The notes under the pieces are model-generated. The model was not told where the DNA came from and did not search any database. It saw nothing but the letters and a program-made list of their open reading frames with translations. A DNA stretch of 64,000 nt. It comes from Monocercomonoides exilis PA203 (Eukaryota > Protista > Preaxostyla). Location: NCBI GenBank assembly GCA_001643675.2, contig LSRY02000007.1, positions 1,364,001 through 1,428,000 on the forward strand. The letters run 5' to 3'. The number at the start of each line of letters is the position of its first letter. Position 1 is the first letter of the stretch. The translations under genes and the position numbers were made by a program. Shown piece after piece: positions 57,040-64,000 of the stretch.

Positions 57040-58370
57040 GTCTCTCCAACTGTTTTCTATTCTTTTTTCTTTCACAGACTAATATGGGCTCTTCGAAAAT
57101 TAATTCCCTTTTTCAACGTTGAGTTTCACATTATAATTGAAAAAGATATTCTCCTTTGTTTATTTTCTCATTTTCCTTTTTTGATCCGATGAATAATAGA
57201 GAATGATTTATCCATTTTTGTTGAAATTATGATATTTCAGCCATCACTATCCGTCCAGCGATATCTGCCTCTGAGGTGGAATGACACATGATTTGGAGCA
57301 TGTAATTTTGTTGGCTGTATTTTCATGAGAAATGGCATCGGGAAAGAAGTGATTGTTGTGAAGATTGATGAAACTGGTGAATAGAAGAGGTACGAGTGAT
57401 GAAAGTTTTGTAATTCCTCACCACATATAAATGTATGTCTTTTGGTGGATTATTTGTGATATTTTTATTTGAAGAGATTTTCGATTTTCTGAAAGAAATG
57501 ATTGTTTTTGCTTCGATTGGCTGAAATGGACACTTTTCATAAAAGGAATGGGATGAATGGAACAAGGTTATATGAGCATTTGGATTGGGATTTTGATGTA
57601 TTTTTCTTGCTGAAAGAGAAGGGATTTCAGTTCAAGGGAAAAAGGATAAAAAATGGAATGAGTGAAAATGAATATTTTTTGTTGGGACAAGGGGGATGCA
57701 GGAAAAGAATATTATTTGCTATTGGTATGTGATAAACTCTGTTTTATTCGAATATTTTCATGAAAATACTTTTTTTTGCTTTTTATTTTTTCAAATGATA
57801 GGATAATGGTAGTTATACGAGAAATGCAAGATAATATTCTGCTTGTGGGGAAATTTCTTTTTCTGGAGAAAGAGATTGAAATGGAAAATGAGGAGGCAGA
57901 AACAGGTCGAAGGCATTTCACAAATTGGAATACTATTGAAGAGGAAAAGAACAAACAATATTGACAATTATCTAGATAAGAATGGAAAAGATGCAATTGA
58001 AACAATTCTTTCGAACTTTTTTGGATCATCGTTCATCATTGCTTTGGAAGAGAAAAGAAAAGAAATGGATTTACGTTCACTCGTCAACATATTCACTGGA
58101 ATGATTAAAGAATGAATGAAAGGAATTGAAGGAAAACTTTTAGAGCATATGATGAAATCTGCAGTGCAAATGCAGAGCTAAATGCAGCGGATGAGCAAGA
58201 AAATAAAAGGTGTGAACGATTGGTTATCGAATGATATGTTTGCTATTAACAGACAAGAGGAAAGATTGGAAAGTGGAAGGCATTAGTGTGTATTTTTTTG
58301 AAAATTTTATATATTTATTTCTCTGATGCTTTTCTGTTTTTTATTCTGTGTTTGTCAGTGTGCTTCATAG

Positions 58371-59370
58371 GATTATATTCTGATTGTTTCGTTGTCAGTT
58401 GAGTCGGGGTTGTTCGCGCATTATGCACTTATTCTATTGGCCTCCAATTTTGTTGGAACGTCACCATTTGTGTCTTTGCTTGAGCAGAAGCCTTTGATGA
58501 AGCTGGGAGCGAGATTCATGGGCAGTTTGCGGATGAAAAAAGATGGCTCTTCAAAGAAGAAGGCATTTGGGTGTTTGTGTTCAGCGCAGCGCTGCGAGGC
58601 AGACGAGCAGGATTGTATGAGGGTGTCTTTGGAACAGCAATAGACCAGTCGCTTTGGCTGCTTTTGGCAATCGTCTTTGATCTGATGACCGCGCACTCTG
58701 TCGTTTATTCCGTAATGTTGTGTTCTCAGCAACCATTTATCATGATCATCCTCTTCTTATTCTTCTTCTTCACTTTTTGTAATTATTATTGTTGTTGCTG
58801 TTCACCACTTACTTCACAGCTTGTCTCGTCCACCGCATTCTCTCTCGGGGCGTCACTGTATGTCCTCTCTTCTTTTTTTCTGTCGCATTAGCAGTCGCTT
58901 TTCATTCACTGGCGTGCGTGGCCTTTGAGCAGGACAGAGATGGAGCGGCTGAAGAGCCTGATGGCAGAGCAGCAGCAGGCGGCACAGCAGGGCAGCTGGT
59001 CTTTGGCGCTGTCATCTCCTCCCTCACAGTGTGACCCTTCGGCGGATGTGTCTTCGCTTGCACTTCCGAAGCTTGGAATGTCTCGTTTTCACTTGGGAAC
59101 ATAGCTGTTGGTGATCTGTGCTGTGGGCTCTTCGTTCCACAATCCATATGACTCGCCTTGCAGTATTGTGTGTGGATACATTCCTCCTCTCTTCCCCTCT
59201 AAAGCAGCATCAACAGCATCTGCAGCATCTGGGTCAAGCATGCTAGGCAGGCAGTATGCAGCTTATTTCACCGCGCCAGATGCACACCTGATCACTCCGC
59301 TGCAGACAGAGCGGCTGTTCGAGGACGCGCTGCTGCATTTGGAGGCACCTTTAACACAGGAAAGAATGCT
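58371..59370 (+). pseudogene. Frameshifted fragment of a multi-pass membrane protein, possibly the ERMP1/M28-peptidase membrane domain
   Basis: Successive hydrophobic segments in shifting frames (SLWLLLAIVFDL, RDGAAEEPDGRAAA, LVFGAVISSLTV*, HNPYDSP). R.G....PD resembles ERMP1-family loops. No catalytic domain is present. Confidence 0.4.
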
Positions 59371-59448
59371 ATCATCATCATCATCATCATCATCTTCTTC
59401 TTCTTCTTCTTCTTCTTCTTCTTCTTCTTCTTCTTCTTCTTCTTCTTC
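59371..59448. repeat. (TCA)n(TCT)n microsatellite at the junction of two opposite-strand gene fragments
   Basis: Direct reading. Confidence 0.9.
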
Positions 59449-59454
59449 ACTCTC

Positions 59455-60560
59455 TTATTCTTCGCTTCCTCCTTTTTTCTCTGCCTCTTCTCGCTCCTCC
59501 AGCTCCGCCAACGCAATCACTGCTGGCGACAGAACTTCATCCTCCATCCTCAGCCCCTTCGCCTCCAGTGCCTTCTCATCATTCTTTTCCCCCACTTCAT
59601 GCGCTGCAACACCTCGACCCATCACTTCGTCGTTCAGCTTCACCACCACATGCTCCAATTGTGGATATCGCAACACCAGCCGCGCTATTTCCGATGGCAG
59701 CAGCGACGGGTCAAACGGATCGTAAATCGAAAGGAACGCATTCACACAATTCACCGCAAAGATCCGCTTGCTCCCCGACTTCGTGTCCACCAACGCTGCA
59801 AGCGACGGAAGCGGTGCTACCAGCGGAACTGAAAGCATCGCAGAAAGCGCAATATCGTACGCACACACGACATCCCCATACAGCACCGCCCGCCGCGCCA
59901 TGAAATATCCCTCGAAGCGTCTGTTGCCCCCTCAGAAACGACATCTTTTGATTCACATGCTCCCCAGCCGCCTCTCGATGTAGTCCATGGTTCCTGCCGA
60001 CGTATATGACGCAGCTATCGCAGATGTGTCCGAAGGGTCAATCACAGGAGCGGCGGACAATGGCTGATCATCTCCTGTCACTTTCTTCTCTTCGCTTCTC
60101 AGCCTCCGGAATGGCGAAGTTGATCGACGTGCTACTCCAGTTGAAGAAGACGAAGAAGACGAAGAAGACGAAGAAGACGAAGAAGACGAAGGCGCTGAGC
60201 GAAGAGACGACTTTTGTGCTATCCCTGCCACAAGAAGTTTTTTGAAATAGGCTTTCGTGTCATACAACAGCTCCTTTGGTGACACAAACACTTCATCCAC
60301 ATTCGGATCAGAAAGATTGAATCAAACTCGAAAGTTTTCCATTTTCAAGCGATGTGAAAAGAATGGAACAAGGTTTCTTCATCTAAGGAGTTGAAATGAG
60401 AAGAGGAAAAAGAGGAAGAGGAAGAGGAAGAGGAAGAGGAGGAAGAAGAAGATGATGATGATGATGATGAAATGGAGGGATTTGCTGGAACAGTTATAAA
60501 AAGGCTGTGAGTTTTGTGATTGAGAAAGAAGCTCTGGTGATATGTCAATGTTCTAAACTA
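59455..60560 (-). pseudogene. IQCH (IQ-motif protein H, ATP-grasp-like) homolog fragment, disrupted
   Basis: LSDPNVDEVFVSP...YFKKLL and DIALSAMLSVPLVAPLPSLAALVDTKSGSKRIF...IYD...VKLNDEVMGRGVA match the recalled IQCH pattern (DPNVDVIY, TKSG.KR.F, K.D.E..G.G.A). In-frame stops near 60320, 59953 and 59455. Confidence 0.7.
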
Positions 60561-60924
60561 ACTTCAAGTCAAAAGGGCTGTGCATATCAATCGAATGTCT
60601 TATTTGTTCGTTCCAATTAAGTGACTGAAGAAGAAAATGCTTCTCATTTTGACAAATAAAAGCAAAGAGAGAGGAGAGAAGGGCAAAGAATGAGACAAAG
60701 AATAAGGCAAAGAAGAAAGAGCAGAAGATTTGATGAAGGTGAGCCTATTGTAAGGGGGGAAAAATGATAATGATGATTATAATAGTAATAGTAATAGTAA
60801 TTATGATTGAAAGAAAAAAGAAGGATATGTTCTATTCAAAACAAAAAGAAAAAAGACAATTTGATAACATGCGAAAATAATTTTGGGGATATTCTTAAAA
60901 GGACAATAAATAAATTGATAAAAG

Positions 60925-61086
<162 letters not shown>

Positions 61087-61211
61087 TTAAAGAAAGTCAA
61101 AGAAAAAGAAAAGAAAAGAAAATCAAAATGAAAAAGGTGAAGGAACTATGACTTCTATTCGGCAACTTCAGCATCGCTATACAATGTTTCTAGTGATAAG
61201 GTTTGTCAAGA

Positions 61212-61276
61212 AATGAAACAAATGAATGAAACAAATGAATGAAACAAATAAATGAAACAAATGAATGAAACAAATT
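61212..61276. repeat. 13-bp minisatellite AATGAAACAAATG x5
   Basis: Five near-perfect tandem copies. Confidence 0.9.
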
Positions 61277-61375
61277 TGCTCATCAAAAAAAGCAAACCAT
61301 TTATGTTTTCTATTCATAACTGAAGAGAAAATTATTTTAATTATCTGTTTGAATAATTTTCAAACGAATAGATAT

Positions 61376-61550
61376 GGAACGTTATTTTTAGCTTTATGAG
61401 TTTTGTTCCTTTTAATATTTTGTGATATTTTTCAATTTATTTATATATATATATTTTTTTTGCAAGAGAATGAAAGACTTATAATGATATGATAGCAGAA
61501 AAAGTTTGGAACAAATTGTCATTTTTTCATAAATGCAAAATCTTTATCCC
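61376..61550. repeat. Dispersed repeat, copy 2 (homologous to 18865-19043)
   Basis: GGAACGTTATTTTTAGCTTTATGAGTTTTGTTCC vs GGGACGAAATTTTTAACTTTCTGAATTTTGTTCC (28/34). Shared GATATGA...AGAAAAAGTTTGGAACAAAT...TCCC. Confidence 0.65.
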
Positions 61551-61885
61551 TTTTTGAAATGAATGATGATTTTACTTATTTTATTAACATATTTATCGTC
61601 TATTTTGAAAATATTAATCAGTTTTAAATGCTTTTACAGAATCAGCAAGTTTTTCTTTGCAATGATATCAAAGAAGGTTATATTTTTATTAATCGTCACT
61701 ATCTTTTCATAATTATTTTCCAATAGAGTTTCCTTCAGTACCCACAATAATAATTATTATTTAATATTTTCAATATCCAATGAAGTTTGTTTGATTTTTC
61801 TCATAGTTTTTAATTTTATTTCGATTTTGGTATATTTTTGGGTAATAATGGGAATAGATGTTCTAAAAATTTTTGTTATGCGATT

Positions 61886-64000
61886 ATGATCAAAATGAAG
61901 TTTTGTGCATTGGTTTTTGTATTCATCAAATATATCTATTGCCTTCAAAAAGAACAAATCGTGAAATCTGTGGAAATCTTTCCACCTCATGGATCTCAAA
62001 TAAACCCACGATATTCTCCTTTTTTTCAGTATTTTTCTGATGATGGAAAGCCAAGCATATTTGTTTATGGAGGAGTTGATTACAAAGATGATATTCTTTC
62101 TGATGCTTACGTTATCACTCTTGAACCTCTTTTTGTCACTCTCATTCAAATACCTTTGGAAAGCAAAAAGCCAACAGTTAAATTTTTTGCTCAATTCTCA
62201 TTCAATAATACGTTGTATATTTGGGGTGGATGTCAAGATTCAAGAATCTCAAATGAGCTTTGGTCATATAATTTCTCATCTCATGAATGGAAAGAAATGG
62301 ATCAAGGAGATTTGATTCCCGAAGGTCGATATTCAATGGCGTATGCGACTGGTGACAATAGACTGTATATTTTTGGAGGAATAAGTGCTAATGGACTTTT
62401 GAATGATTTATGGGAATTTGATATTCAGACAAAACAATGGAGAGCATTGAAGATAGATTCTGGAGCGAATGATCCTGAGCCATGCAGCGGAGCGGGAATG
62501 TTCATTTCAAATGAGTATGCTGTAGTTTTTGGTGGAGACACAGATAGAGAAGAAGTTTACACGATCAAAATGTTCAGAGTGAAGATTGATGTGATTTCTC
62601 CTCAATCTTGGGAAGAGGTGAAGATAGCAAACTTAGATGGAAGTGAAAGCATTATTCCAGTATCAAGATCAAATTTTGGACATGCAACACGTGTTATTTC
62701 AAACGAAACATTTCTATATTTATTTGGTGGTTGGAAATCCAATAGTTTATTTGATGGATGTTACTCAATTCTTCTTTTTAATTGCAGTCAAGTTGGATGT
62801 GACGTTAAAGGGAGGATCATTGCAACCTATAAGGAAATAAAGTTAAGAGAAAACCCACAAGATTATTATCTTTTTGGTAATTGTGGATGCACCATTGATG
62901 AAGAAGGAAACGTATTTATTCTTGGAGGAAGAATGAATTCATCATTGTATTCTGATTTGATTGCTATGGTGAAAGATGATTTATCATTCAAAATAACAAC
63001 GAAAGAGATAAATTCTGAGGAGGCTTACGAGCGAAGAGAAAGATTCAAGAAGAAAAAACTGCATAATGAAGGTAATTCATCAATATTTGAAAGACTTGGA
63101 ACCAAACGATCTGAAATCTTTCCATCTTTTTCAAAGAGATCAAATGAAAGATCAAGGAATATCTGTGAATTGGAAAATAATAATTCATCTCACTTTTTGA
63201 GCATGGATTCTTCTTCAACTGTTTATGGAATACATTTTATTTGGTTGACCAATGTGCATGATCTGTCACCTTCTCCTCGAGTCAATCCAATTGTTGGAGT
63301 TTACAATGGTTTTTATTTTGTGTATGGAGGAAGAAATCCAATTTCTGGAGAAATTTTTAGTGATGTTTATTTATTTTCTCCAGAATATCACATATGGAGT
63401 AAGTTTTTTCTGAATGTTTCTTCCGAAACTCCTCCAGCAAGGGAGCTCGCTTCGTGTTGTGTTGACAATGATCGCATATTGCTTTTTGGAGGGTTGGGAC
63501 AGAATCAGAAAACAGGAAAAGAAGAGCCATCCAATGAATTATGGGAATATTCTTTTTCAGCTTTATCTTGGAGGCAGTTGGGGAAAAACTCCTTCATAAA
63601 GCCAACACCTGTATATGGAGCATCTGCTGCAATGTACATTGATTATTTAATTATTGCAGGGGGAAAGAAAGCTGATGGAACGTTTTGTGAAAGCAGCTAT
63701 ATCTTCAACTTTGCAAGTGATAAATGGGAATTGCACGTGGCAAATGAAAAATTTTTTAAATCATCTGTTTTGGTAAAGAAAATGCTTCCAAAATCGAAAA
63801 AGAATATTTCATTTTCAGAGCAGAAAGATATCATAAGTGGAATTCATTTTCAAAACAAAACAAATTCATTGAAATCAAATTCAAATGACTTCGATAAATT
63901 GTTGACTGATAAAGAGAAGAGTTCAAGAGACACAAGTTTGGATATTAGTGCAAGCAGTTCAAGAAGGAATCAAATCCTTTTTTTATTCGGTGGTGATGTT
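61886..64000 (+). CDS. Secreted/extracellular Kelch-repeat protein, 5' part (705 codons, open at the window end; absent from the ORF track)
   Basis: MIKMKFCALVFVFIKYIYC signal-like start. Repeated Kelch blades IFVYGG, LYIWGG...NELWSYN...W, LYIFGG...NDLWEFD...W, FYIFGG, FVYGG, LLFGG. Confidence 0.88.
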   Translation, partial: MIKMKFCALVFVFIKYIYCLQKEQIVKSVEIFPPHGSQINPRYSPFFQYFSDDGKPSIFVYGGVDYKDDILSDAYVITLEPLFVTLIQIPLESKKPTVKFFAQFSFNNTLYIWGGCQDSRISNELWSYNFSSHEWKEMDQGDLIPEGRYSMAYATGDNRLYIFGGISANGLLNDLWEFDIQTKQWRALKIDSGANDPEPCSGAGMFISNEYAVVFGGDTDREEVYTIKMFRVKIDVISPQSWEEVKIANLDGSESIIPVSRSNFGHATRVISNETFLYLFGGWKSNSLFDGCYSILLFNCSQVGCDVKGRIIATYKEIKLRENPQDYYLFGNCGCTIDEEGNVFILGGRMNSSLYSDLIAMVKDDLSFKITTKEINSEEAYERRERFKKKKLHNEGNSSIFERLGTKRSEIFPSFSKRSNERSRNICELENNNSSHFLSMDSSSTVYGIHFIWLTNVHDLSPSPRVNPIVGVYNGFYFVYGGRNPISGEIFSDVYLFSPEYHIWSKFFLNVSSETPPARELASCCVDNDRILLFGGLGQNQKTGKEEPSNELWEYSFSALSWRQLGKNSFIKPTPVYGASAAMYIDYLIIAGGKKADGTFCESSYIFNFASDKWELHVANEKFFKSSVLVKKMLPKSKKNISFSEQKDIISGIHFQNKTNSLKSNSNDFDKLLTDKEKSSRDTSLDISASSSRRNQILFLFGGDV

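Noticed and set aside
57480-58290. Purine-rich broken ORFs with LLRLAEM, faintly like a tyrosine recombinase
   Set aside because: No convincing HxxR or catalytic Tyr motifs; the remnant is unassignable by eye.
61212-61276. CRISPR-like or telomeric array
   Set aside because: It is a simple 13-bp tandem repeat with no spacers, in a eukaryotic context without cas genes.

Overview
AT-rich eukaryotic DNA with the standard code, short GT-AG introns (mostly 44-100 nt) and abundant poly-Ser (TCT)n / poly-Glu (GAA)n coding. These traits and the giant GGA(I/V)-repeat surface-protein family resemble the oxymonad Monocercomonoides; this is inference, not a search result. Gene models were spliced by hand. 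In order they are: a partial low-complexity gene; a secreted protein of Cys-modified SdrD-B/Cna-B-like repeats; an unknown multi-exon gene; a casein kinase 1 with a ~2,230-aa low-complexity tail; a 2,150-aa beta-helix-like type I membrane protein; a ZZ-zinc-finger protein; a compact 14-3-3 / endonuclease V / BORCS7-like cluster; a ~4,480-aa homologous receptor ending in a C-lobe-only pseudokinase; and a secreted Kelch protein that runs off the window. Intergenic DNA holds a TA-flanked pogo/Tc1-type MITE, two foldback repeat families each present twice, and decayed Merlin (IS1595-like) and pogo (DDE_1) transposases. It also holds ERMP1-like and IQCH-like gene fragments joined tail-to-tail at a TCT/GAA microsatellite. 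The best candidates for undescribed biology are the modular receptor / pseudokinase family and the SdrD-B-like secreted protein. All family assignments are from motif recognition and need HMM confirmation.
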